Position numbers and translations under genes: made by a program
Part shown: one piece after another, positions 25,417 through 34,947 of the stretch
Layout: every line of letters begins with the position of its first letter
How positions within the stretch are numbered: the stretch's first letter is position 1
The notes under the pieces: model-generated
The model's database searches: none
Seen by the model: the letters and a program-made list of their open reading frames with translations, nothing else
What the model was told of the DNA's origin: nothing
NCBI RefSeq assembly: GCF_041916345.1
Contig: NZ_JAYRZR010000007.1
Span: 14,450 to 78,449 of the forward strand
Reading direction: 5' to 3'
DNA length: 64,000 bases
Source: Ramlibacter sp.
GTDB taxonomy: Bacteria; Pseudomonadota; Gammaproteobacteria; Burkholderiales; Burkholderiaceae_C

Positions 25417-26577
25417 TCAGAGCCGCTTGCCCACTTCCTCGAGCATGACCTCGGTGGCGCCGCCGCCGATGGTCTGGATGCGGGCATCACGGGTCATGCG
25501 CTCGATGGCCATGCCCCGCATGAAGCCGCTGCCGCCGTGCAGCTGCAGGCAGCTGTTGACCACCTCCACATTGACCTCGCAGGCGAAGATCTTGGCCATG
25601 GAGATCTCGCGCACGCAGTCCTTGCCTTGCGCCTCCAGCTCCGCGGCGGAGTAGGTGAGGGCGCGCGCGGCCGCCACCTTGGTGGCGAGCATCGCCAGCT
25701 TCTGGCGCGTGGCCTGCAGGTCCCACAAGGTGGCGCCGAAGGCCTGGCGCGTGCGCACGTGGTCCAGCGTGACCTCGATCGCGCGCAGGCTGGCGCCGAT
25801 GCTGCTGCCGGCCATGACCAGGCGCTCGTTCTGGAAGTTGTCCATCACGGCGTAGAAGCCCTTGTTCTCCTCGCCCAGCAGGGCCGAGGCGGGCACCCGC
25901 AGGTTGTCGAAGTACAGCTCCGCGGTGTCCGAGCACAGGTCGCCGTGCTTCTCCAGCTCGCGCGCCACCACGAGCCCCGGCGTGCCCTTCTCCACGATGA
26001 AGAGCGAGATGCCGCGGCTGCCCTTGGCCTGCGGGTCGGTGCGCGCGGCCACGATGTAGATGTCACCGTGCACGCCGTTGGTGATGTACAGCTTGGAGCC
26101 GTTGATGACCCAGTGGTCGCCGTCGCGCACCGCGCGGGTCTTCAGGCCCGCGACGTCCGATCCGGCGCCTGGCTCGGTCACGGCGATGGCGACGATCTTC
26201 TCGCCGCGGATCACGGCGGGGATGTACTGGCGCTTCTGCTCCTCCGTGCCGCGCCGGCTGATGTGGGTGGAGGACATGTCGGTGTGCACCAGCACCGAGG
26301 CCGGCACGCCGCCATAGCCGCTGCGGCCCAGCTCCTCGGCCCACAGCACGGAGGCCACCGGTCCCAGGTCGGAGCCCCCATAGGCCACCGGGTGGCGCAT
26401 GCCCAGCAGGCCCAGTTCCCCCAGGCGGCGGAAGATGGCGCGCGGAATGCAGCCTTCCTTCTCCCAGGCGTCGGCGACAGGCAGTACCTCCTCGGCGACG
26501 AAGCGGCGCACCTGCTCGCGGATGAGCCGCAGCTCCTCGGTGATGCAGGGCGGATCGGTCAGGTCCAGGGTGTTCAT
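25417..26577 (-). CDS. Acyl-CoA dehydrogenase
   Basis: 386 aa. [53 protein letters not shown]. Confidence 0.9.
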   Translation of the reverse strand: MNTLDLTDPPCITEELRLIREQVRRFVAEEVLPVADAWEKEGCIPRAIFRRLGELGLLGMRHPVAYGGSDLGPVASVLWAEELGRSGYGGVPASVLVHTDMSSTHISRRGTEEQKRQYIPAVIRGEKIVAIAVTEPGAGSDVAGLKTRAVRDGDHWVINGSKLYITNGVHGDIYIVAARTDPQAKGSRGISLFIVEKGTPGLVVARELEKHGDLCSDTAELYFDNLRVPASALLGEENKGFYAVMDNFQNERLVMAGSSIGASLRAIEVTLDHVRTRQAFGATLWDLQATRQKLAMLATKVAAARALTYSAAELEAQGKDCVREISMAKIFACEVNVEVVNSCLQLHGGSGFMRGMAIERMTRDARIQTIGGGATEVMLEEVGKRL

Positions 26578-26598
26578 GCAGATTCAGCGGGGGTTCAC

Positions 26599-27750
26599 TC
26601 AGAGCAGCTTGGCGACTTCGTCCAGCATGACGGCGGCGGCGCCGCCGCCCAGCGAGTAGGGGCGGGCGTCGCGGAAGATGCGCTCGATCTCGGTGCCGCG
26701 CATGTAGCCCGAGGCGCCGTGCATCTGCACGCACGCGTCGGCCATGCGCTTGAGCAGCTGGGGAATCTGCGCCTTCATCATCGAAGTCTCCAGGCGCACG
26801 CTCTCGCCGCGGCTCTTCTTGGCGGCGGCGTGATAGACCATCAGCTTGGCGGCGGCCAGCTCGCTGGCGTAGGTGGCCAGCTCATGCCGGATCGCCTGCA
26901 GGTCCCACAGCTGGCGGCCGTACGCGGCGCGCGTCTTGACGTGCGCCAGGGTGATGGTGAGCGCCCGCTCCATCATGCCCACGCACTGCGCGCACATGCT
27001 CATGCGCTCGCGCTCCAGGCCCTGCATCAGCAGGTAGAAGCCCTGGCCCTCCTCGCCCAGCAGGTTGGCGGCCGGCACGGCGAAGTCGTCGAAGAACAGC
27101 TCGCTCATGTCGGAGGCCTGCCAGCCCGTCTTCTGGAACTTCTGGCCCGTGGTGAAGCCCTGGCCGCCCTTCTCGATGACGAAGATCGAGTAGCCGTTGG
27201 CGCCGCGCGACTCGGGGTCGGTACGGGCGACGGTGATGAACAGGTCCGCCGACAAGGCATTGGTGATGAACGTCTTCTGGCCGTTCAGGACCCAGTGGTC
27301 GCCTTCGCGGCGCGCCGTGGTCTTCATGCGCGTGAGGTCGGAGCCGCCGCCCGGCTCGGTCACGGCAAAGCCCAGGATGCGGCGGCCGGCGGCGATGTCG
27401 GGCAGGAAGCGCTCCTTCTGCGCGGGGGTGCCGATGCGCGCGATCACGGGCGCCGCCATGTCGGCGTGATCCGAGATCGAGGCGGCGAATCCGCCGAAGC
27501 TGGAGCGGCCGATCTCCTCGCCGAACACCACGGTGCCCAGCGCGTCGAGCTCGGTGCCGCCATAGTCGGCGGGCACGGCCAGGCCCAGGAAGCCCAGCTC
27601 GCCCATTTGCCGATAGACCGCCGGCGGAATCAGGCCCTCCGCCTCCCAGGCGGGGGCGTGGGGCACGACCTCATGGGCGACGAAGCGGCGCAGTTGCTCG
27701 CGGAACTGGCGGTGCTCGGTGGAGAGGTAGGTGTCGTCGAGGTTCAGCAT
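26599..27750 (-). CDS. Acyl-CoA dehydrogenase
   Basis: ORF 26599..27861 trimmed to MLNLDDTYLS at 27750. VTEPGGGSDLTRM. 383 aa. Confidence 0.9.
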   Translation of the reverse strand: MLNLDDTYLSTEHRQFREQLRRFVAHEVVPHAPAWEAEGLIPPAVYRQMGELGFLGLAVPADYGGTELDALGTVVFGEEIGRSSFGGFAASISDHADMAAPVIARIGTPAQKERFLPDIAAGRRILGFAVTEPGGGSDLTRMKTTARREGDHWVLNGQKTFITNALSADLFITVARTDPESRGANGYSIFVIEKGGQGFTTGQKFQKTGWQASDMSELFFDDFAVPAANLLGEEGQGFYLLMQGLERERMSMCAQCVGMMERALTITLAHVKTRAAYGRQLWDLQAIRHELATYASELAAAKLMVYHAAAKKSRGESVRLETSMMKAQIPQLLKRMADACVQMHGASGYMRGTEIERIFRDARPYSLGGGAAAVMLDEVAKLL

Positions 27751-27767
27751 GGCGTCGGTGCAGGGGT

Positions 27768-28574
27768 TCAATCCGTGAAGACGGGCGCCCGGCGCTCGCG
27801 CGAGGCGCGCACCGTCTCCACCTGGTTGGGCGAGCCGAGCAGCACCTGCTGCTCGGCGCACTCGGCCATCAGGCCCTGCGCGGCGCGCGGCGCGCTCTGG
27901 GCGTTCAGCAGCCGCTTCATCGCGCGCACCGCGTCCGGGCTGCGCTGCGAGATCTCCTGCGCGGTGGCGTGGGCCATGGCCAGCGGATCCGCGCCCAGGC
28001 GCGTGACCAGGCCCACGCGCTGGCCCTCCTGCGCGTCGAAGGTGCGGCCGGTGAAGGCCAGCTCGCGCACCTCGTCGTCACGCATCAGGTCGTAGTAGCG
28101 CACGGTGCCACCCATGTCGGGCACCAGGCCCCAGTTCACCTCCATGATGGCGAGACGGGTGTCGGGCGTGGCATAGCGGAGGTCGGCGCCCAGCGCCAGT
28201 TCCAGACCGCCACCGAGCGCGAAGCCGTGCACGGCGGCGATCACCGGCACGGGCAGATCACGCCAGGTCCAGGCGGCATGCTGGAAGCGGTTGCCCATGC
28301 CGTGGGTGCGCTCCAGCAGGTCGCGCGTGCCGGCGATGGTGCCGTCCTTCATGTCGGCCAGCACCTGCATGTCGATGCCGGCGCAGAAGCCCTTGCCGGC
28401 GCCGGTCAGCACCACGGCCCGCACGCGGCGGTTGGCACGCAACTGCTCGCCGGCGGCGATCAGCGCGTCGAACATCGGGCCGTCCAGGGCGTTGGACTTG
28501 TCCGTGCGCACCAGGGTCACGCGGGCCACCTGGTCGTCGCCGACCTCCACCCGCACGCGATCATCGTGATTCAT
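27768..28574 (-). CDS. Enoyl-CoA hydratase/isomerase (crotonase fold)
   Basis: ORF trimmed to MNHDDRVRVEV at 28574. GKGFCAGIDM. ATGA overlap with the upstream ACAD. Confidence 0.9.
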   Translation of the reverse strand: MNHDDRVRVEVGDDQVARVTLVRTDKSNALDGPMFDALIAAGEQLRANRRVRAVVLTGAGKGFCAGIDMQVLADMKDGTIAGTRDLLERTHGMGNRFQHAAWTWRDLPVPVIAAVHGFALGGGLELALGADLRYATPDTRLAIMEVNWGLVPDMGGTVRYYDLMRDDEVRELAFTGRTFDAQEGQRVGLVTRLGADPLAMAHATAQEISQRSPDAVRAMKRLLNAQSAPRAAQGLMAECAEQQVLLGSPNQVETVRASRERRAPVFTD

Positions 28575-29737
28575 TGAAACGTCTCCAGGTCCATCCGCTT
28601 GGCCACTTCTTCCAGCATCACCTCGGTGGCGCCGCCGCCGATGGTGAGGATGCGTGCATCGCGGGTCAGGCGCTCCAGGGCGCAATCGGCCATGTAGCCG
28701 GCCCCGCCATGCAGCTGCAGGCAGTCACGCATCACGTCCTGCACGGTCTCGCCCGCCAGCGCCTTGACCATCGAGACCTCGCGCACGCTGTCCACGCCCT
28801 GCGCCACCTGTTCGGCGGTGCGGTGCACCAGCGCCTGCACGGCCATGTGGCGCGCCGTGAGCGCGGCCAGCTTCTGGCGCGTGGCCTGCAGGTCCCACAG
28901 CGTGCCGCCGAAGGCGCGGCGCTGCTTCAGATGGGCCAGGGTGTGCGCCAGGGCGCAGCGGCCCAGGCCCACAGCCATGGCGCCGAGCACCAGGCGCTCG
29001 TTCTGGAGGTTCTCCATGATGGCGCGGAAGCCCGCGTTCTCCTCCCCCAGCAGGGCGTCGGCCGGCAGCCGGGCCGACTCGAACACCATGTCGGCGATGT
29101 CGGAGGAATGCAGGCCCAGCTTGCGCGCCATCGGCCGCAGCGTGAGGCCCGGGGTGTCGCGCGGCACGATGAAGAGCGAGATGCCGCGGGCCGGCTTCGC
29201 CTGCGGGTCCGTGCGCGCCGCCACGATCATCACGTCGCCGTGCAGGGCGTTGGTGGCATAGGTCTTGATGCCGTCCAGCACCCAGCCTTCGCCCTCGCGC
29301 CGGGCCGTCGTGCGCAGCGCAGCGAGATCGGAGCCCGCCTCGGGCTCGGTCAGCGCGATGCCGCAGATCCGGTCACCCTGGATCAGGCCGGGCAGCCACC
29401 GCGCACGCTGCGCGGCGGTTCCGCGGTGGCCGATATGCGTGCCCGACATGTCGGTGTGGATCAGCACCGCCTCGGCCACGCCGCCATACGAGGAGGCGGA
29501 AATCTCCTCGGCGAACACCACCGAGCCGATCGGCCCCAGCGCGGTGCCGCCCTCCTGCTCGGTGTACGCATGCCCCAGCAGGCCCGCGCGGCCGAGCGCC
29601 TGGTAGGCCTCATGCGGTGTGGTGCCCAAGGCCTCCCAGGCGTCGCCGTTCGGCACGATGTGGGCTTGCACGTGGGCCCGCGTGGCCGTGCGCAGGCGCA
29701 CGATGCGGGGGTCGTCGAAGCGCTGGGGGATGGGCAT
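28571..29737 (-). CDS. Acyl-CoA dehydrogenase
   Basis: 388 aa. [52 protein letters not shown]. Confidence 0.9.
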   Translation of the reverse strand: MPIPQRFDDPRIVRLRTATRAHVQAHIVPNGDAWEALGTTPHEAYQALGRAGLLGHAYTEQEGGTALGPIGSVVFAEEISASSYGGVAEAVLIHTDMSGTHIGHRGTAAQRARWLPGLIQGDRICGIALTEPEAGSDLAALRTTARREGEGWVLDGIKTYATNALHGDVMIVAARTDPQAKPARGISLFIVPRDTPGLTLRPMARKLGLHSSDIADMVFESARLPADALLGEENAGFRAIMENLQNERLVLGAMAVGLGRCALAHTLAHLKQRRAFGGTLWDLQATRQKLAALTARHMAVQALVHRTAEQVAQGVDSVREVSMVKALAGETVQDVMRDCLQLHGGAGYMADCALERLTRDARILTIGGGATEVMLEEVAKRMDLETFQ

Positions 29738-29752
29738 GGCGGCAGCAAATAA

Positions 29753-29772
29753 TAAACCGACGCGGCGGACTA
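29753..29772. promoter_or_regulatory. Copy E of the recurrent 20-bp inverted repeat (TAAACCG-ACGCGG-CGGACTA)
   Basis: Lies 16 nt upstream of the minus-strand ACAD ATG (29737). AT-rich flanks AAATAATAA / TATAAATGA. Confidence 0.65.
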
Positions 29773-29952
29773 TAAATGATCGCCGGTGAGGTTGTCCAGT
29801 TGGCTGCGGATCGCCCGCCCCTCACACCCCCCGCCGGAAACCCACGCCCACGTGGGGGTATGCCTGCCCCGCCACCTCGCATCATGCAGACTCCCCGATC
29901 GGCATTCCGCCGGGGCGAGGGGGCCCTGCCGGGCCTGCGGAGGAAACAGCGT

Positions 29953-32511
29953 ATGACTTTCCTGCGATCCACATGGCGTGCACGGATGGGCACGCTGCTG
30001 CTTGGGCTGGCGGCCCTCCTGCCCGCGCACGCCCAGGTGGACGACACCTTCGACGGCTCGTCACTCGACAGCTGCCGCTGGGAGCCGCTCACGCAGGGCG
30101 GCAGCGTCAGCCAGGGCGGTGAGCTGCTGCTGGCCACGGAGCCGGCGCCCTCCTTCGGCTCCAGCCGCGTGCTCAGCCAGTACCGGCTGATCGGCGACTT
30201 CGACGTGCAGGTGGACTACCGGCGGGTGAGCGGCTTCGATGTCACCTTGCCGCCGGCCAGCCCCAACGTCTACGACCAGCTCAACCTCGCCATCGGCCTG
30301 CACTGGAACGAGGCGCGCTACATCCAGTTCTCGCGCGCGCGCACCTCCGGCGGTGAGGTCGTGTCCGTCTACTCCAGCCTGCCCAGCCACGCCGGCGTGA
30401 ACGCGCCATCGGCCGAGGCATCCGGCGCCACCGGCGCGCTGCGGCTGGTGCGCACGGGCACACGGCTGTCGTTCCGGCATCTGTCGGGCGGGTCATGGAC
30501 GGAGGTGGGCCAGCTCACGGTGCCCGACACGCCGGTCTCGGTCTACCTCGGCGCCGTGACGGTGGTGGGCGGCGGGCGCGCCGGTCCGCCGATCCGCGTG
30601 GCCTTCGACAACTTCCGCCTGAACGCGGGCGCGACCGACCAGAAGCAGGCGCAGCCGCTGGCGCCCTATGCGCGGCGTTCCGATTTCGCGGCGGGCGGCA
30701 CGATGGAGAACTGGACGAGCTGGCGCTACCAGTCGACGACCCCCATCGATCCCAACCTGCTGGGCCGCTTCCGCGCCGAAGGCATGGCCTGGCTGCGCGT
30801 GGGCGTCACCACGGTGAGCAAGCCCGCGCTGGACGCGACGCCGCTGGAGCGCTGGGTCACCTTGCCATCGGACCCCACCACCTGGAGCACGCGCGAGGCC
30901 GCGGCGCGCTCCCTGCTGGACGCGCAGGCGGCCGGCATGCGGCTGTACGCCTACCTCTACTTCAGCGACCAGGCCGCGAACTGGGGCAACCAGAAGGCGC
31001 CGGACGCGTGGGCCGGCAAGAGCGTGGCCGAGACCGCGGCGCTGATGGAGCAGCATGCCTTCGACATCGCCACCTACTTCAAGGGTCGCGGCCTGAACGT
31101 GGAGATCTACGAGATCGGCAACGAGACGGACATCGGCATCACCGGCTTCGTGGCGGGCGGCCGCATTCCCATCCCGCCCGGCGTGGACCATGTGAACGAC
31201 CACGACTGGCTGCGCGAGAACGTGTGGAAGGTGCAGGCGGAGCTGTTCAAGGCCGCCGCACGGGGCATCCGCCGTGCCGCGCCCGGCGCGCGCATCGCGC
31301 TGCATGCCGCTGGCGTGGAAGTGGGCGTGGGCACCGGCTTCGCCCCGGCCTTCTACGCTGCCATGCGGGACTTCGGCGTGGACCACGACATCGCGGCGCT
31401 GTCGCACCCCTATGCCACCCATCCTTGGAAGCTGCATCACTACAGCGCCGCCTGCTGGTTCAAGCGGCTGGGCCAGATCGTCGACCGCGTGGCCAGCCCG
31501 GGCCGGCCGGCGATGTTCGTGGAGGCCTCCTACCAGTCGGATCCGCGCCTGGTGGTCGCCCAGCCGATGCCGGACTTCCCGTTCACGCCGCAGGGCCAGT
31601 CCGACTGGCTGGCGGCGCAGCTGGGCTTCGCCAGCCGGCATCCGGCACTGGCGGGCTGGTTCTACTTCTATCCGGAGTTCTATCCCGGCATCGTGCCGGT
31701 CTACGAGGAGCTGCAGGGCGGCGGCCTGATGGCCGGCCCCACCACGCCGCAGCCAGGCCTGGCCCGCTACCGGGTCAACCTCGACAACTCCACCGAGCCG
31801 ATCGAGCCGCAGGCTGGCGTGTGGGCGATTGATGCCGAGCTGAACGGCCAGGCGGGCCGCGGCTTCCAGCTCGACGCGCGCAAGGGCACGCTGGTGCTGA
31901 GCTTCTACGGCTACGAGACCAGCGGGCGCGCGCGCTTCTGGCTGGCGGTGGGGCCGATCGTGCAGAACGGCTTCAGCGCGCCGCTGGTCACCTATGACAG
32001 CGGCACGCCCTTCGGCGGCAGCTACCGGGCGGCGCAGCTCACCGGCACGGCCGGCACGGTGCAGGTGCGCTTCACCTCCGCGGTGGAGGGCACCATCACG
32101 CTGCCTGGCGAGGCGCCCCAGCGCATCTCACGCCTGCGCTATGGCAGTGGGGGCACCGGCAACGCGATCACGCCGGTGCGGGGCGTGTGGGCCATCGATG
32201 CCGAGAACACGGGCCAGGCCGGCCGCGGCTTCCAGCTCGATCACCAGGGCGGCACGCTGGTGCTGTCCTTCTACGGCTACACCGCCGAGGGCAACAGCCG
32301 CTTCTGGCTGGCCACCGGGGCACTGGCGGACAACCGCTTCAGCGGCACGCTGGAATCGTTCGACGGCGGGGCAGCCTTCGGCAGCGCCTGGAAGCCGGCG
32401 CAGCGCGGGCCGGTGGCGGGCGCGGTGAGCCTGGTGTTCACCGGCGAGCGCACGGGCGTGCTCACCCTGCCGGGGGAGCCGCCGCGGGCGGTGTCGCTGG
32501 TGGCGTTCTGA
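29953..32511 (+). CDS. Secreted multidomain protein: signal peptide, concanavalin/LamG-like domain, clan GH-A-like (beta/alpha)8 domain, two C-terminal repeats
   Basis: GGAGGA RBS before ATG 29953. Signal MTFLRSTWRARMGTLLLGLAALLPAHA-QV. YEIGNETD (NE acid/base-like motif) and later FVEASY. The C-terminal duplication starts GVWAIDAE. The domain calls are tentative. Confidence 0.7.
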   Translation: MTFLRSTWRARMGTLLLGLAALLPAHAQVDDTFDGSSLDSCRWEPLTQGGSVSQGGELLLATEPAPSFGSSRVLSQYRLIGDFDVQVDYRRVSGFDVTLPPASPNVYDQLNLAIGLHWNEARYIQFSRARTSGGEVVSVYSSLPSHAGVNAPSAEASGATGALRLVRTGTRLSFRHLSGGSWTEVGQLTVPDTPVSVYLGAVTVVGGGRAGPPIRVAFDNFRLNAGATDQKQAQPLAPYARRSDFAAGGTMENWTSWRYQSTTPIDPNLLGRFRAEGMAWLRVGVTTVSKPALDATPLERWVTLPSDPTTWSTREAAARSLLDAQAAGMRLYAYLYFSDQAANWGNQKAPDAWAGKSVAETAALMEQHAFDIATYFKGRGLNVEIYEIGNETDIGITGFVAGGRIPIPPGVDHVNDHDWLRENVWKVQAELFKAAARGIRRAAPGARIALHAAGVEVGVGTGFAPAFYAAMRDFGVDHDIAALSHPYATHPWKLHHYSAACWFKRLGQIVDRVASPGRPAMFVEASYQSDPRLVVAQPMPDFPFTPQGQSDWLAAQLGFASRHPALAGWFYFYPEFYPGIVPVYEELQGGGLMAGPTTPQPGLARYRVNLDNSTEPIEPQAGVWAIDAELNGQAGRGFQLDARKGTLVLSFYGYETSGRARFWLAVGPIVQNGFSAPLVTYDSGTPFGGSYRAAQLTGTAGTVQVRFTSAVEGTITLPGEAPQRISRLRYGSGGTGNAITPVRGVWAIDAENTGQAGRGFQLDHQGGTLVLSFYGYTAEGNSRFWLATGALADNRFSGTLESFDGGAAFGSAWKPAQRGPVAGAVSLVFTGERTGVLTLPGEPPRAVSLVAF
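31816..32508 (+). repeat. Tandem in-frame duplication (period 366 nt, 122 aa) encoding the C-terminal repeat domains of the secreted protein
   Basis: Repeat 1 starts GVWAIDAELNGQAGRGFQLDARKGTLVLSFYGYETSGRARFWLAVG. Repeat 2 starts GVWAIDAENTGQAGRGFQLDHQGGTLVLSFYGYTAEGNSRFWLATG. Confidence 0.8.
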
Positions 32512-32516
32512 CCCCC

Positions 32517-34103
32517 TCAGTGCACCCGCCGCGCCTGTCCTGCCCAGTACGGCTCGCGCAGCACCCGCTTCAGGATCTTGCCCGAGGGGTTGCGCGGCAG
32601 GGCGGCGATGAACTCCACGGTCTTGGGGCACTTGTAGGCGGCGATCTTGCTTCGCGTGAAGGCAATCACCTCGGCTTCGGTCAGCTGCTGGCCGGGCCGC
32701 AGCACCACCATGGCTTTCACGGCTTCGCCCCACTTGGCGTCCGGCACGCCGATCACCGCGGATTCGGCGATGGCCGGGTGGTCGCCCAGCGCGCGTTCCA
32801 CCTCGGCGGGGTAGATGTTCTCGCCGCCGGAGATGATCATGTCCTTCAGCCGGTCGAGGATGAACAGATAGCCGTCGATGTCGAGGTAGCCCACGTCGCC
32901 CGTGTGGTACCAACCGTCGCGCAGTGCTTCGGCCGTGGCCTCGGGCCGCTTCCAGTAGCCCTTCATGATCGCCGCCGAGCGGATCCAGATCTCGCCCGAC
33001 TGGCCGGGCAGCGCTTCCTTGCCTTCCAGGGTGACGATGCGCAACTCCACGCCGGGCAGCACCTGGCCGCACGACTTCAGGCGTTCGGGCAGCGCCGGGT
33101 TGTGGTCGCGCGGCTGCAGCGCCGTGCCCAGCGTGGTGGATTCGGTCATGCCGAACATCTGCAGGAACACCGGGCCCATCACCTCCACGGCGCGCCGCAG
33201 CAGCGCCGGCGGAATGGGGGCGCCGCCGTAGGTGATGGCGTCCAGCTGCGAGAAGTCGGCCTTCGCGCAGTCGGGGTGGTCCAGCATGAACTGCATCACC
33301 GCCGGCACCACGCCCAGCTTGGTCACGCGGTGCTGCGCCAGCGCCTGCAGGATGAGTTGCGGCTGCGCTTCCCGCAGCACCACCACCGTGCCGCCCATGT
33401 AGGGCGCGTTCATGCCGTAGCAGACGCCGCCGGCATGAAACAGCGGCAGCGGCACCACGCACAGGTCGTCTTCGCTCCAGCGCCCCAGGTGGCCCGCGGC
33501 TGCGTAGGAGAACTGCGTGAGCAGGTTGCGGTGCGTGAGCTCGGCGCCCTTGGGCAGGCCGGTGGTGCCCGAGGTGTAGAGCTGCAGCGCCGTCTCGTCC
33601 GTGTCGGCCGCCAGCCGCGGGTCGGTGTCGCTGCCGCTGTCGCGCCAGGCGACGTACTCGCTGCAGCCGGCCTGCGGGCCGTCCATGGCCACCACCAGCC
33701 GCAGGCCCGGCACGGCCGCGCGCAGGCCGTCCACCAGCGGCAGGTAGTCGGCGCCCACGAACAGCACCTGCGCCTCGGCGTCGTTCAGGATGAAGGCGAT
33801 CTCCTCGGGCGCCAGCCGCCAGTTCACCGGCACCAGCACCTGGCGCGCCTTGGCCGCGCCCAGGAACACCTCGAAGAAGCGGTCGCAGTTCTTGCCCAGC
33901 CAGGCGATGCGGCTCTGGGGGGGCAGGCCCAGGGCCAGCAGGGCATGCGCAACCCGGTTGCAGTGGCGGTCGAAATCGGCCCAGCTCGTGCGGCGGTCCT
34001 CGAAGATGAAGGCGGCATGCGCGGGCCGCCGGGCGGCGTGCACGCGCGGCAGGTCGCCCAGCGTGCGGAATCGGGGGTCGATGGAAGGAATGGCGTGCGT
34101 CAT
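32517..34103 (-). CDS. AMP-dependent acyl-CoA synthetase (FadD-like)
   Basis: ORF 32517..34445 trimmed to MTHAIPSIDP at 34103. YTSGTTGLPKGA. C-terminal PSGKILKRVLRE. Confidence 0.9.
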   Translation of the reverse strand: MTHAIPSIDPRFRTLGDLPRVHAARRPAHAAFIFEDRRTSWADFDRHCNRVAHALLALGLPPQSRIAWLGKNCDRFFEVFLGAAKARQVLVPVNWRLAPEEIAFILNDAEAQVLFVGADYLPLVDGLRAAVPGLRLVVAMDGPQAGCSEYVAWRDSGSDTDPRLAADTDETALQLYTSGTTGLPKGAELTHRNLLTQFSYAAAGHLGRWSEDDLCVVPLPLFHAGGVCYGMNAPYMGGTVVVLREAQPQLILQALAQHRVTKLGVVPAVMQFMLDHPDCAKADFSQLDAITYGGAPIPPALLRRAVEVMGPVFLQMFGMTESTTLGTALQPRDHNPALPERLKSCGQVLPGVELRIVTLEGKEALPGQSGEIWIRSAAIMKGYWKRPEATAEALRDGWYHTGDVGYLDIDGYLFILDRLKDMIISGGENIYPAEVERALGDHPAIAESAVIGVPDAKWGEAVKAMVVLRPGQQLTEAEVIAFTRSKIAAYKCPKTVEFIAALPRNPSGKILKRVLREPYWAGQARRVH

Positions 34104-34105
34104 GG

Positions 34106-34933
34106 TCAATCGGGCCAGCCGGGTGGCAGGTCTCGCGACACAGTGTCGGGGAACCGGGGCGCGCGTTTTTGCAGGAAGCTGTCGACCCCTTCGCGCATGT
34201 CGGCGCTGCGGGCGCGCGCGGCGATGAGCCGGCTTTCCACGCGATGCGCTTCCTCGGGGCCGGCCGCGGTGGCCATGCGCCAGAGCAGTTGCCGCGTGAG
34301 CGCCACCGACACGGGCGAGGTGGCCTCGATGAGCGAGCGGGCATGGGCCTGCGCGGCGGCCAGCACTTCTCCCGCGGGGTGAAGGGAGCGGACCAGGCCC
34401 GCCTGCAGCGCCTCGGCGGCGTCGAAGCTGCGGCCCGACAGGCACCAGTCGAGCGCGCGGTCCAGGCCCACGATGCGGGGCAGGAACCAGCTGGAGGCGC
34501 TCTCGGGCACGATGCCGCGCCGCACGAACGGCAGGGCGAAGCGGGCGCCTTCGGCGGCGAAGCGCGCGTCCATGGCGAGCGTCAGGGTCACGCCCACGCC
34601 GGCGGCCGAGCCGTTGAGGGCGGCGATCACCGGCTTGCGGCAGCGGTGGATGCGCAGCGTGAGCACGCCGCCCGCATCCGGCACCGGCTCGCCCGGGGCC
34701 TCGGCCGAGGCAAACGGGCTGTCGCTGCCCGACAGGTCCGCGCCGGCGCAGAAGGCCCGGCCCGAGCCGGTGACCACGATCGCGCGCACCGCATCGTCGG
34801 CGTCGGCGCGGTCGATCAGCGCGGCCAGCCCGTGGATCATGTCCAGCGTCATCGCGTTGAGCTGGTCCGGGCGGTTCAGGGTGAGCGTGGCCACCCGGTC
34901 CGCCACCGAGTACAGCAGCGTGTCGCTGGTCAT
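34106..34933 (-). CDS. Enoyl-CoA hydratase/isomerase (crotonase fold)
   Basis: ORF trimmed to MTSDTLLYSVADRVATLTLNRP at 34933. GRAFCAGADL. Confidence 0.9.
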   Translation of the reverse strand: MTSDTLLYSVADRVATLTLNRPDQLNAMTLDMIHGLAALIDRADADDAVRAIVVTGSGRAFCAGADLSGSDSPFASAEAPGEPVPDAGGVLTLRIHRCRKPVIAALNGSAAGVGVTLTLAMDARFAAEGARFALPFVRRGIVPESASSWFLPRIVGLDRALDWCLSGRSFDAAEALQAGLVRSLHPAGEVLAAAQAHARSLIEATSPVSVALTRQLLWRMATAAGPEEAHRVESRLIAARARSADMREGVDSFLQKRAPRFPDTVSRDLPPGWPD

Positions 34934-34947
34934 GCCGGCGCGCGGCC

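Noticed and set aside
25232-25654. ORFs reading through the homopolymer block, giving poly-Gly/poly-Pro peptides (25232..25654 +, 24906..25490 -, 25044..25448 +).
   Set aside because: They overlap real convergent genes out of frame. Their only distinctive content is the translated G/C runs. There is no start context.
29847-29856. Perfect 10-bp palindrome CCCACGTGGG upstream of the secreted-protein gene.
   Set aside because: It is short and GC-rich, so it is expected by chance in this base composition. There is no second copy or partner motif in the window.
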